Below are positions 11,392-20,637 of a stretch of DNA of 38,130 nucleotides, in pieces (position 1 is the stretch's first letter; the number at the start of each line of letters is the position of its first letter). The DNA comes from a bacterium (GTDB lineage: Bacteria; Sysuimicrobiota; Sysuimicrobiia; Sysuimicrobiales; Humicultoraceae). Location of the stretch: positions 1-38,130 of the forward strand of contig JBGPNN010000003.1 of assembly GCA_041487495.1 (NCBI GenBank), written 5' to 3'. A program made the translations under genes and the position numbers. The notes under the pieces were generated by a model that was not told where the DNA came from, ran no database searches, and worked only from the letters and a program-made list of their open reading frames with translations.

Positions 11392-11410
11392 GTTCCTGGG
11401 GAGGAAGACC

Positions 11411-12043
11411 ATGCTACGGGTCACCGTGTTCTGGGCCATCTCGGGGCTGATAGGTATGGCGGCCGCGGTCTACATCGCGGATACCGTCCTGTACCTCACG
11501 CCTCCGAATCCGCTGAAGGCGGACCTTGTCCCGGCGATCAACCGCCTCATGTACCCCTTGTTCGCTCAGAACTGGCACCTCTTCGCACCCAACCCGGTCC
11601 GGACAAACTTCGTCGTGACGGCCCGGTGCCGGACCAGAGGAATCATCTCCCCGTGGCTGGATCTCACGCAACCCATGCTGGCCCTACATCACCGGCATCG
11701 GAACTCGCCGGTTGGCCGCGTGCTGCGGGTGCGACAAAATGCCGCCCGCATGGCCCTCGGGTCGACGTTTGACGAGTGGCGTGAACTCGCCTGTCGGCGT
11801 GATCCCCACCAACTGATGTGTCGACCCGGTCGGGCCGCGGAGCGGGCTCAGGAAATCGGGATGTATCTCCTCGGCAGGATTGCCACGTCGGCGTGCAACG
11901 AGGTCTCCGAAACCAGGGGTGCGGAGGCCATACAGGTTCGCATCCTCATCCATCAGCCGCCGTTCTGGTCCCGCCGACATCTTTCGGATCATGAAGGTGT
12001 CACCCGGTACGTGGTGCTGCCGTGGGTCCCCGTCGAGCGATGA
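11411..12043 (+). CDS. SdpA-like / DUF5819 family protein
   Basis: N-terminal TM segment, signature PLFAQNWHLFAPNP, four Cys; SD GAGGA. Confidence 0.8.
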   Translation: MLRVTVFWAISGLIGMAAAVYIADTVLYLTPPNPLKADLVPAINRLMYPLFAQNWHLFAPNPVRTNFVVTARCRTRGIISPWLDLTQPMLALHHRHRNSPVGRVLRVRQNAARMALGSTFDEWRELACRRDPHQLMCRPGRAAERAQEIGMYLLGRIATSACNEVSETRGAEAIQVRILIHQPPFWSRRHLSDHEGVTRYVVLPWVPVER

Positions 12044-13335
12044 TGGGGCGGCTCGCGGACTGGCTGTCCCAGGAACACTGGCTGGTCGGCGCGAGCCTCA
12101 TGCGCGTGTCGTTAGGGGCGTGGGCCGTCTACTTCTACGCCCTGCACTTCCCGGTCCGGAGGGTGCTGTGGGGCCCGGAGGGCGTATGGTCCTACGAGCG
12201 GTTCGCCGCAACCATGCCGTTGCTCAATATCTGGCAGCTGGGCCGCTCGCCGTGGTCTTTTGAGGTGGTCTACGCAGCCGCCATTCTTATCGCCGTGGGC
12301 TTCACTCTGGGGTGGGCGCCGCGTGTGACCGGCGCCCTGCACTGGCTGATGATCTGGTCGGTGCAGGAGCGCAACCCGTTCATCACCGACGGTGGCGACA
12401 ACATCATGCGAATCGTGCTGCTGTTCCTGGTCCTGGTGAACACCGGCGAATACTTCTCGGTTGGCGCGTTGCGGGCGAAGACACGTGGATCCCTCCTTTC
12501 GATCCGAGAGATTCTCCGGCCGGCGCGTGCGGCGGTCCACAACGTCGGCGTGCTGCTGATCGTGGCGCAGCTTGGGCTGCTCTACATGAGCACCGGGCTG
12601 TATAAAGCGATGGGGGAACTGTGGCAGACTGGTACCGCACTGTACTACATCCTGCGGGTCGACGAGTTCTCGTGGCCCGGTGTGGCCGAGCATATCTACC
12701 GGAACTCGTACTTGGTTGTCCTTGGGACGTACGGGACCGTGCTGTTTGAAGTCTCGTTCTTGCCAACCCTCTTCAATCGATGGACCAGGTATGCGACGAT
12801 CGGATCGGGGATAGCGCTCCATACGGGGATCGCCCTAGTGATGGGGCTCGTGAGCTTCTCGTGGAGCATGCTGAGCATCTACCCGCTGGTGGTGAGCGAT
12901 GAGGAGTATGGCATGATGGCGGGCTGGTTTCGCCGGCGATTTGGGCTGAAGGCCTTCTATGACGGCTGGTGCCCGGCGTGCACGCGCAGCGCGCGGTGGT
13001 TATCCGCGCTCGATCTTGTGTCGCTCGTGGAGTTCGTCTCATTCCGCGAGCCCGGTGTTATCGAGCGGCACGGACTCGATGCGGGCCGCGCCGCTCGACG
13101 GATCCAAATCATCGATGCGGCGGGCACGGTGCGGGAAGGCATTGACGCGATGATGGCCATCGCGGGGCGGACGGTTGTTCTCTGGCCGCTGATCCCGCTC
13201 TTCTGGGCAGGCCGCCTCGTCGCCGGCCAACGATTCTATGACGCGGTCGCCGCCCGGCGCGTCATCCTTATCCCAGGCGCGTGCGGGGAACACTGCGCTG
13301 TCGGAACGGAGCCAGCAACCAAGCCCCGCGCGTAG
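12040..13335 (+). CDS. SdpB-like HTTM-domain membrane protein with C-terminal DCC1-like thiol-disulfide oxidoreductase domain
   Basis: RNP..DGGDN, QL..LY..TGLYK..G..W..GTALYY and H.GIA..MGL..FS HTTM motifs; C-terminal FYDGWCPAC and CGEHC. ATGA overlap with the sdpA-like gene. Confidence 0.85.
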   Translation: MMGRLADWLSQEHWLVGASLMRVSLGAWAVYFYALHFPVRRVLWGPEGVWSYERFAATMPLLNIWQLGRSPWSFEVVYAAAILIAVGFTLGWAPRVTGALHWLMIWSVQERNPFITDGGDNIMRIVLLFLVLVNTGEYFSVGALRAKTRGSLLSIREILRPARAAVHNVGVLLIVAQLGLLYMSTGLYKAMGELWQTGTALYYILRVDEFSWPGVAEHIYRNSYLVVLGTYGTVLFEVSFLPTLFNRWTRYATIGSGIALHTGIALVMGLVSFSWSMLSIYPLVVSDEEYGMMAGWFRRRFGLKAFYDGWCPACTRSARWLSALDLVSLVEFVSFREPGVIERHGLDAGRAARRIQIIDAAGTVREGIDAMMAIAGRTVVLWPLIPLFWAGRLVAGQRFYDAVAARRVILIPGACGEHCAVGTEPATKPRA

Positions 13336-13347
13336 AAGGCATTCCCG

Positions 13348-14295
13348 CTATCGGTGGATCGCCGGCAGCCGGTGGACGGTTGTCAGACCGGACGGTGCCG
13401 CGACAACCGTGGAGGCCGCGTTGACCGCGAGCGCACAGGTCGCCACGTCTCCGTGAATCCCGCCGGCGACCGTCATCTCGATCGGCGGCTCGCCGTCGAT
13501 CGTCACGATATCGCGCGGATTTGACGCGCCCACAGCCATCGTGAGGTCTAGTGTGACGATCGCCCGACCCTTGCTGCGGGCGGTGGCGACCTGATGCAGG
13601 CCCTTCACGGTTGTCCCGTCCATGACCGGCTCGATCTGCTCGTCGATGGTCTCCGGTGCCCAGCCAAGCGCATCCGCGATCATCGCGATGGATTCCTTGA
13701 GCCCCACGTGTCCGATCCGGCCGTCCGCCACGCCCAGCTCGAAAGTGCGGCGGTCCAGGCCGGCGCCGACCTTTCGCTGGAGTGGCACCCGGCGGAGCCC
13801 GGCGTCGACGACGCGGGTCACCTGGACGGCGTGGATCGTCCGGCACGGTGCGGTCAGGACGATCGGCAGCAGATCCATCACGTAGCCTGGATTGACGCCT
13901 AGTCCCACCACCGTCACACCCTTGGCTTTTGCCGCTTCGTCGATCTGGCGCGCCTCGTCGGGGTGGTGGTTCCACGGGAACGCAAGTTCCTCGCACGTCG
14001 AGATGATGTTGGCGCCCGCCTCGATGATTCCCAACAGTTGCGGGAGGACACGGGTGAGCTGTGATTGGGTCGTGTGGAACACGACCCGGGGGGCCCCCGC
14101 AAGCGCGGCGGCGACGTCCGTGGACACCCGAACCCCAAGGGGATCGCGGCCCAGCAGTGTCCCCAGGTCCTTGCCGGTCTTCTCGGGGTCGATGTCGACG
14201 GCGCCGACGATTCGGTATCCTCGTTCCAGGGCAACGCCGGCGATCCCCAGCCCGATGGGGCCCAGCCCGTAGTGAGCGGCGGTCATCGCAGTCAT
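13348..14295 (-). CDS. NAD(P)-dependent amine dehydrogenase, 2,4-diaminopentanoate dehydrogenase (Ord)-like / DapB-like
   Basis: YGLGPIG Rossmann motif, STCEELAFP, GVNPGYVMD, GHVGLKES, GDVAT. Start moved to ATG 14295 because the longer ORF overlaps arcC. Confidence 0.8.
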   Translation of the reverse strand: MTAMTAAHYGLGPIGLGIAGVALERGYRIVGAVDIDPEKTGKDLGTLLGRDPLGVRVSTDVAAALAGAPRVVFHTTQSQLTRVLPQLLGIIEAGANIISTCEELAFPWNHHPDEARQIDEAAKAKGVTVVGLGVNPGYVMDLLPIVLTAPCRTIHAVQVTRVVDAGLRRVPLQRKVGAGLDRRTFELGVADGRIGHVGLKESIAMIADALGWAPETIDEQIEPVMDGTTVKGLHQVATARSKGRAIVTLDLTMAVGASNPRDIVTIDGEPPIEMTVAGGIHGDVATCALAVNAASTVVAAPSGLTTVHRLPAIHR

Positions 14296-14361
14296 GATGC
14301 TGAGTCTAGCAGAGGGGTCTTGGCAGGCCAAGCGGCAGGGCTCGCCGAAACTCCTCCGTGC

Positions 14362-15303
14362 ATGTGCTCCCTCGCCGTCGTTGCCATCGGGGGTAACTCG
14401 CTGGTCCGCGGGCATGACGCATCTGTTGAAGCCGCCCGCGCGGCGCTGGCGGAGACAGCCGAGCATCTGGCCGATATGGTCCGCGCGGGATGGCGGGTGG
14501 CGATCAGCCACGGCAACGGCCCCCAGGTTGGGTTTGGATTGCTGCGATCGGAGGCCGGCGCGCAGGTGGCGCCGCGGCAACCGCTTGACGTCCTCGGCGC
14601 CGAGACCCAGGGCTCGATTGGCTATCTGTTGCAGCAGGCGCTGGGGGCTGCGATGGCCCAGAGGGGGATCACGCGCCCCGTCGTGACGATTGTGACGCAG
14701 GTCGTCGTGGATCCTGACGATTTCGCCTTTACGCGCCCGACCAAGCCGGTCGGTCCGTTCTACGAGCGGGCCGACGCCGAAGCGCGAATGCGCGAGGAGC
14801 ACTGGACGATGGTGGAGGACGCGGGCCGCGGTTGGCGGCGCGTGGTCCCGTCGCCGGAGCCGCTGGAGATCGTCGAAACCCCGGTGATCCGGTCGCTTGT
14901 CGACGAGGGCGTGGTGGTCATCGCGGCGGGAGGCGGAGGCATTCCTGTGGTCCGCCGCGAAGCCCGGTATGAAGGCGTCGAGGCCGTTATCGACAAGGAT
15001 CTCGCGTCCGCCTTGTTGGCGCGCGACCTGCGGGCCAGCGTGATGGTGGCGTCGACGGCCGTCGAGCGCGTGGCTTTGGATTATGGGACGCCGCGGGAAC
15101 GCCCGATCTCAGTCATGTCGGTCGACGAGGCGCGCCGCTACCTGGGCGATGGGCAATTCCCGCCGGGCAGCATGGGGCCAAAGATCACCGCGGCCATTCG
15201 CTTCCTCGAGGCGGGCGGGGAGACGGTCATCATTACGACGCCGCCGCTGATTGGTGCGGCGTTAGAGGGTCAGGCCGGCACGCGGATTGTCGCGAACAGG
15301 TGA
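14362..15303 (+). CDS. arcC: Carbamate kinase
   Basis: VAIGGNSL, SHGNGPQVG, PTKPVGPFY, GWRRVVPSP, EAVIDKD, GSMGPK. Confidence 0.95.
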   Translation: MCSLAVVAIGGNSLVRGHDASVEAARAALAETAEHLADMVRAGWRVAISHGNGPQVGFGLLRSEAGAQVAPRQPLDVLGAETQGSIGYLLQQALGAAMAQRGITRPVVTIVTQVVVDPDDFAFTRPTKPVGPFYERADAEARMREEHWTMVEDAGRGWRRVVPSPEPLEIVETPVIRSLVDEGVVVIAAGGGGIPVVRREARYEGVEAVIDKDLASALLARDLRASVMVASTAVERVALDYGTPRERPISVMSVDEARRYLGDGQFPPGSMGPKITAAIRFLEAGGETVIITTPPLIGAALEGQAGTRIVANR

Positions 15304-15316
15304 GGGAGGGCAGATC

Positions 15317-16504
15317 GTGAACATCGAGTGGGCGCAGCGAATGAGCACGTTAGGGACAGAGACGGCGTTTGAGGTGTTGGCGAAGGCCCGCGGCCTCGAA
15401 CGGCAAGGGAAGCACATCGTCCACCTGGAAATCGGCGAGCCCGACTTCAATACCCCGGCCCACGTCATCGAGGCCGCGATGAAGGCGCTGCGCGACGGCT
15501 ACACACACTACACGCCGGCGGCCGGTATCCTTGAGGCGCGGCAGGCCGTGGCGGACTACGTGGCCCGGACACGCCGGATACCGGTGAAGGCCGAACACGT
15601 CGTCATCGTGCCAGGCTCGAAGAACGTGCTGCTGTTCGCCATGTTGGCCCTGGTCAATCCGGGTGACGAGGTCATCTATCCCGACCCCGGGTATCCGATC
15701 TACGAATCCATTGCGCGATTCATTGGCGCGACGCCACGGCCCATCCGATTGGAGGAACAGAACGACTTCCGATTCGACCTTGATGAATTTCGGTCGCTGA
15801 TAAGCCCGCGGACCCGGCTGGTGGTCCTCAACTCTCCTCACAACCCTTGCGGGTCGATGCTCGGACGGGCTGACATCGAGGCCGTAGCGGCAGCAGTGTT
15901 GCCGACCCGTGCCTTCGTGCTGTCTGACGAGATCTACGATCGGGTCGTATACGAGGGCGCGGCGTTCAGCATCGCCTCGGTTCCCGGGATGCAGGATCGG
16001 ACCATTATCCTCGATGGCATGTCAAAGACGTATGCGATGACCGGCTGGCGGATCGGGTTCGGCATCATGCGGCCCGAGCTGATCGAACGGATGGCGCAGT
16101 TGATGATCAATTCGAGCTCGTGCGCGGCCGCCTTCTCGCAGATGGCGACGATCGCAGCGCTCAGCGGGCCACAGGACGCGGTCGACGCGATGGTCGCGGA
16201 GTTCCGGGCCCGCCGCCAGATCATCGTGGACGAGCTCAACCGCATGGACGGGGTACGGTGCCGGATGCCGCGTGGCGCGTTCTATGCGTTCCCCAACGTC
16301 TCGGCGATTGAGCCGGAGTCCAAACCGCTGGCGGATTTCCTGCTCGAACAGGGCGGGGTGGCGTGCCTGTCGGGTACGTCGTTCGGCCAGGGCGGCCGGG
16401 GGTTCCTGCGGTTCTCCTACGCCAACAGCCAGGAGAACATCCGCGAAGGCATGCGCCGGGTGAAGGACGCCCTGCAGCGCTACCGGCCCGCCGTCAGGCG
16501 GTGA
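15317..16504 (+). CDS. PLP-dependent aminotransferase class I/II (aspartate aminotransferase-like)
   Basis: IGEPDF, NSPHNPCG, SDEIY, SKTYAMTGWRIG with the PLP lysine; GTG start after SD GAGGGAGG. Confidence 0.93.
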   Translation: MNIEWAQRMSTLGTETAFEVLAKARGLERQGKHIVHLEIGEPDFNTPAHVIEAAMKALRDGYTHYTPAAGILEARQAVADYVARTRRIPVKAEHVVIVPGSKNVLLFAMLALVNPGDEVIYPDPGYPIYESIARFIGATPRPIRLEEQNDFRFDLDEFRSLISPRTRLVVLNSPHNPCGSMLGRADIEAVAAAVLPTRAFVLSDEIYDRVVYEGAAFSIASVPGMQDRTIILDGMSKTYAMTGWRIGFGIMRPELIERMAQLMINSSSCAAAFSQMATIAALSGPQDAVDAMVAEFRARRQIIVDELNRMDGVRCRMPRGAFYAFPNVSAIEPESKPLADFLLEQGGVACLSGTSFGQGGRGFLRFSYANSQENIREGMRRVKDALQRYRPAVRR

Positions 16505-16545
16505 TTTTCGCACATTGCGCGGGTCCTGGAAGGGTTTGCGGAGTG

Positions 16546-17247
16546 ATGAGGGGGACGGTGTGGCTCCTGATCGTCCTCATCGTGGGCGGAACGGCCGCGG
16601 AGGTCTCCTCGCAGGCCGCGAGTGAAGACCAGGCCATCATGGAAATCGTCGTCTCCAGCGGGCAGGAGTTCATCAGGCGCGGTACCGCGTTTCACGTGGG
16701 AAACGGTGTGTTCTACACGAACGTGCACGTGGTCAAGGATCGCATGCCGGACGGATTTACCGACTGGTACCTGGTCGGCCCAACCGCGACGCGCTCCACT
16801 GACACATGGTTGGGGCCGTTTTCGATCACCTGCGTCCACCCGCTGTATCGCGGTCGACCCGAGACAAGCGAAGCGTTTCCGTACGATGTCGCGCGGCTCC
16901 TGGTGCCTGGCGCGGAAAACCTCCCCTTCGTCAAGTTGTCCACGGGGTTCCCCAACACGGGGATGCGGGTTCGGACCAGGGGGTTTCCGGCGGCTTCCAG
17001 GGCATGGCCCCCTGTGCTCTATACTGCCCTGGGGCGCATCGCGAAGGTCGATACAGGCAACCAGACGTTCCAGGTCGACGTCGAGTCCGGTTTCGCCCTC
17101 GGCGGATCGAGCGGCTCTCCGGTGATCGCGCCCGATAACACGGTCCTGGGCATTCACTACGCGAGTTACAGGGTTGACAGGACGGCGGCAGACGTCACGT
17201 TTGCCATATCCGTTCAGGCTGTCCGGTCTGGTTGCCCACCGCCGTAA
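16546..17247 (+). CDS. Secreted trypsin-like serine protease
   Basis: Signal peptide; triad candidates TNVHVV, YDVA and GGSSGSPV. Confidence 0.8.
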   Translation: MRGTVWLLIVLIVGGTAAEVSSQAASEDQAIMEIVVSSGQEFIRRGTAFHVGNGVFYTNVHVVKDRMPDGFTDWYLVGPTATRSTDTWLGPFSITCVHPLYRGRPETSEAFPYDVARLLVPGAENLPFVKLSTGFPNTGMRVRTRGFPAASRAWPPVLYTALGRIAKVDTGNQTFQVDVESGFALGGSSGSPVIAPDNTVLGIHYASYRVDRTAADVTFAISVQAVRSGCPPP

Positions 17248-18317
17248 GGCGTGGGGGACGCGAAGATCATGCCTCGGCGGATCCCAACCACGACGGCAGC
17301 GCCCTCATCATAGGGAGCCGACGGCGGGGCCTGGACCCGCACCGCGCCGCCCCCGGCCAGACTCACCTTGTACTCGACGAGATTCCCCAGGAAGTTACAA
17401 ACCTCGATGCGGGCGCTCAAGCCGATCCCAGCGCCAAGTTCCAGATCTTCGGGCCGCACGGCGAGCATCACGTGTCCGGAGAGGCCCGCCGGGTTCTCGG
17501 CGCGCACTTCGTAGCCATCGACCGTGACGCGCGCGGCCCCGGGTTCCTGCGCAATGACAGTGGCCTGGAGGAAGTTCATCTGGCCGATGAAGTCGGCGAC
17601 AAACCGGGAAGCGGGCAGCCGGTAGATGTCTGATGGGCGGCCGATCTGCGCAATGCGGCCGGCCGACATGACGGCCAGCCGGTCGGACAGCGCCATGGCT
17701 TCGGCCTGATCGTGTGTGACGTAGAGGACGGGGATGCGCATCCGGCGCTGGAGCTCTTTCAACTCAAAGCGCATCTGCTCGCGGAGCTTTGCGTCGAGGT
17801 TGGACAGCGGCTCGTCGAGGAGCAGGATCTCGGGCCGGCCGGACAGCGCCCGACCCAGCGCGACCCGCTGCTGCTGGCCGCCGGACAACTGGTGAGGGTA
17901 GCGGTCACCCAGACCGCGGAGGGCGACAAGGTCCAGGGTCTCGCTGATCCGCGAGGCCATGATGTCGCCCCGTTCGCGGGCGACCCGCAACGGGTACCCG
18001 ATGTTGTCGGACACGGTCATGTGCGGCCAGACGGCGTAGTTTTGGAAGACCATGCCCAGCCGGCGCCGTTCCGGTGGCACGAAGGTCCGCGATGCGGGGG
18101 CGCTGACCAGACGGCCATTGATCGAGATCTCTCCCCGGGTCGGCAGTTCGAGGCCGGCAATGCACCGCAGCGTGGTGGTCTTGCCGCAGCCGCTCGGACC
18201 CAGCAGGGTGAAGAACTCCTCCGGCCCAATGGAGAACGAGACGTCCTCGACTGCGACGGTACCATCGAACTGCTTCCAGAGGTTAGAGACGACGACCGTG
18301 TCCACCGAGAATCCCAC
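17214..18317 (-). CDS. ABC transporter ATP-binding protein (PotA/FbpC-like, C-terminal TOBE)
   Basis: GPSGCGKT, LSGGQQQRV, LLLDEP, VTHDQ. Confidence 0.93.
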   Translation of the reverse strand: MGFSVDTVVVSNLWKQFDGTVAVEDVSFSIGPEEFFTLLGPSGCGKTTTLRCIAGLELPTRGEISINGRLVSAPASRTFVPPERRRLGMVFQNYAVWPHMTVSDNIGYPLRVARERGDIMASRISETLDLVALRGLGDRYPHQLSGGQQQRVALGRALSGRPEILLLDEPLSNLDAKLREQMRFELKELQRRMRIPVLYVTHDQAEAMALSDRLAVMSAGRIAQIGRPSDIYRLPASRFVADFIGQMNFLQATVIAQEPGAARVTVDGYEVRAENPAGLSGHVMLAVRPEDLELGAGIGLSARIEVCNFLGNLVEYKVSLAGGGAVRVQAPPSAPYDEGAAVVVGIRRGMIFASPTPYGGGQPDRTA

Positions 18318-18396
18318 CCGCCGGTCTCACGATTCAGCGATACCGCGAAGCTCCCCTGCAGGATGGGTATGCTCGGCGCAGAACAGTGGGGCCGAG

Positions 18397-18810
18397 GTTG
18401 TTGCGATACTCCAAAGCTTCAAGATCGTACGGACCCTGTGGCTGGCCGAGACCGTAGCGATGATGGTCCTCTGGCTCGGGTTGCCTATGCTGATCCCACG
18501 CCCGGCGACGACCGGCGGACCGACCGTATTGATTGCGCGGATCTTCTACGCGGTCAGCCTTGTTGATCTGGCCCTCGGGTGGTGGATGAAGAATCGGACG
18601 ATGGCCGCGGCCCGCCAGAACCCGCCGATACTGGCGGGGGGGTCGATCGTCGCCGTGACCTTGGCGACGACGCCCGGAATCCTGGGCGCGGTACTGTACC
18701 TGGGGTTCGGGGACGTGGACGGGCAACGTCTCATGGGTTTGATGAGCCTGATCGGTCTGTGGCTGCTTCGACCTCGAGCGGACGAATGGGAGGAGGTCCT
18801 CAGGCGGTAG
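18397..18810 (+). CDS. Hypothetical membrane protein (start uncertain; first in-frame ATG at 18460)
   Basis: About four hydrophobic segments; ends just before the next GTG start. No clear start codon where the coding-like sequence begins. Confidence 0.5.
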   Translation, partial: VVAILQSFKIVRTLWLAETVAMMVLWLGLPMLIPRPATTGGPTVLIARIFYAVSLVDLALGWWMKNRTMAAARQNPPILAGGSIVAVTLATTPGILGAVLYLGFGDVDGQRLMGLMSLIGLWLLRPRADEWEEVLRR

Positions 18811-18812
18811 AC

Positions 18813-19892
18813 GTGCCGATCCGCATCATGCTCCTCGAAGGCGATCAGACCGGGCAGGAACTCCTCCACGACGCGGTCCGGGTCCTCGACCCGTCCGTGG
18901 TTGGGCTTCCGCTTGTGTTCGAACGCTTCGACCTCAGCCTGGAGAACCGTCGCCGGACGAAGAACGGCGTGGTGCGAGAAGCCGCCGACGCGCTGCGCGA
19001 CGCGCGCTATGGCATCAAAGCCGCCACGATCACCCCTGAGGGCTCCGGCGACGTCGGCAGCCCGAACGCGCTCCTGCGTGAGTGGATCGACGCCACCGTG
19101 ATCCTCCGGACAGGACGGCGCATACCCGGCGTGCGCCCCGTCGCGGGCGTCGTCGCACCAATCGCCGTCGTGCGGATGGGTGTGGGCGACGCGTACAACG
19201 CCCGTGAGTGGAGGGAAGGGACCGGCGAGGACGTGGTGGCGTATCGCACAACGAGCGTCACCCGCCGGCACTGCCGGGCGGTCGCGGAGTTCTCGTTCCG
19301 CCACGCGCGGCAACTCGGCGCGAAGGTGTTCGGCGGACCGAAGTACACGGTCAGCCCGATCTATGAAGGGCTGCTGAAAGAAGAAGTCGACGCCGCGTCA
19401 ACGCGGCACCCCGACGTGCCCTACGATCCCCAGTTGATCGACGCGGTGTACGCGTTGCTGCTGCAGTCCACCGGGGAGGGGCTGGTCATCCCGGCGCTCA
19501 ATCGCGACGGCGACACGCTCAGCGACTTCGTCCTCCAGATGTTCGGTAGCATCGCCGGTGCCGAATCGGTGATCCTCAGCTTCGACGATCAGTACAACCC
19601 GAAGGTCGTGCTGGCTGAGGCCCCACACGGCACCGCGCCCAGGCTGTTTGGGAAGAACCTGGCCAACCCCATGGCGATGATCCTGGCCTGCGCGGCGGTC
19701 GTGTCGTACGTGCCACATACGCCGGCCGCGGCGGTCGCGCGCGCGATCTATGAAGCCACGTTCGAAACGGTCCAGGGCGGCGTCCGGACGCTCGACCTTG
19801 GCGGTGACGCGACGACGACGGAGTTTACCGACGAAGTCATCCGGCGTCTGCGGATAAAGCTCGAGATCTGGCGAAGCCTCGGCCGCTCTTAG
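18813..19892 (+). CDS. Isocitrate/isopropylmalate dehydrogenase family protein (divergent)
   Basis: EGDQTGQE, IKAATITP, SPN..LR, NRDGDTLSD, EAPHGTAP..GKNLANP. Confidence 0.85.
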   Translation: MPIRIMLLEGDQTGQELLHDAVRVLDPSVVGLPLVFERFDLSLENRRRTKNGVVREAADALRDARYGIKAATITPEGSGDVGSPNALLREWIDATVILRTGRRIPGVRPVAGVVAPIAVVRMGVGDAYNAREWREGTGEDVVAYRTTSVTRRHCRAVAEFSFRHARQLGAKVFGGPKYTVSPIYEGLLKEEVDAASTRHPDVPYDPQLIDAVYALLLQSTGEGLVIPALNRDGDTLSDFVLQMFGSIAGAESVILSFDDQYNPKVVLAEAPHGTAPRLFGKNLANPMAMILACAAVVSYVPHTPAAAVARAIYEATFETVQGGVRTLDLGGDATTTEFTDEVIRRLRIKLEIWRSLGRS

Positions 19893-19994
19893 CGCACGCC
19901 CGGGGCCGGACTAGGCCCACCCTCGGAGGGGCACATCCTGGATGAAACGCCTCGAAGCCGGGCAGCCGCATTGTCGCCTCCCGGGAGAGGAAGG

Positions 19995-20633
19995 ATGGGA
20001 CCGCAGATGCGCATGATGTCGAGGTTCGGGGTAGTTGTGGGCATCGTGGCATTGATGGCCGTTGCCGCTGCGAATGCTGCGGCCGCGCCACCGTTCGCCA
20101 CGTACTTCCCGCTCTCGGCCGGCACGATGTGGACCTATCGTACCAACGTGAGCGGCGATATCGTGATGAAGGTCGGTCCGCCGGCGCGGGTCGGGTCGTT
20201 TGGATGCCGGATCATCGAGACCGTGGTGGGGGGAAATACGACCCAGCGCGAGTGCTACGGCGTCGAAAGTGACGGTGTGTACGCGTACGAGCGGAGTTAT
20301 CCGGCCGGCACCCTTCGGCTGGATCCTCCGCAGCGCGTGCTGGCGCGACCCGTGGAAGTCGGCCAGGTGTGGGTGTGGAACGGACGGATCGGGGACCAGG
20401 AAGTGACCCTCAAGTACACATGGGCACGCCGCGAAGTGATAGAGGTCCCCGCCGGGAAATTCGACGCCATGCAGCTCTATTTTGAGGGTACTATCCCGCC
20501 AAATATCCAGATCCAGACCTGGCGCTGGTTCGCGGCGGGTGTGGGGATGGTAAAAGAGGACTCGCTGGTGATGCAGGCGGGCCAGCAGATGAGAGTCTAC
20601 GCTGCACTCGTGAGCGCGAAGATCGGGAAGTGA
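19995..20633 (+). CDS. Hypothetical secreted beta-rich protein
   Basis: Signal peptide (ANA|AA), YFPL..G..WTY, EVPAGKF and WFAAGVGMVK motifs common to a widespread uncharacterised exported family. Confidence 0.75.
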   Translation: MGPQMRMMSRFGVVVGIVALMAVAAANAAAAPPFATYFPLSAGTMWTYRTNVSGDIVMKVGPPARVGSFGCRIIETVVGGNTTQRECYGVESDGVYAYERSYPAGTLRLDPPQRVLARPVEVGQVWVWNGRIGDQEVTLKYTWARREVIEVPAGKFDAMQLYFEGTIPPNIQIQTWRWFAAGVGMVKEDSLVMQAGQQMRVYAALVSAKIGK

Positions 20634-20637
20634 ACGG

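Noticed and set aside
14296-14802. Long N-terminal extensions of the Ord-like and arcC ORFs
   Set aside because: The extensions overlap each other on opposite strands; the family motifs begin at 14295 and 14362.
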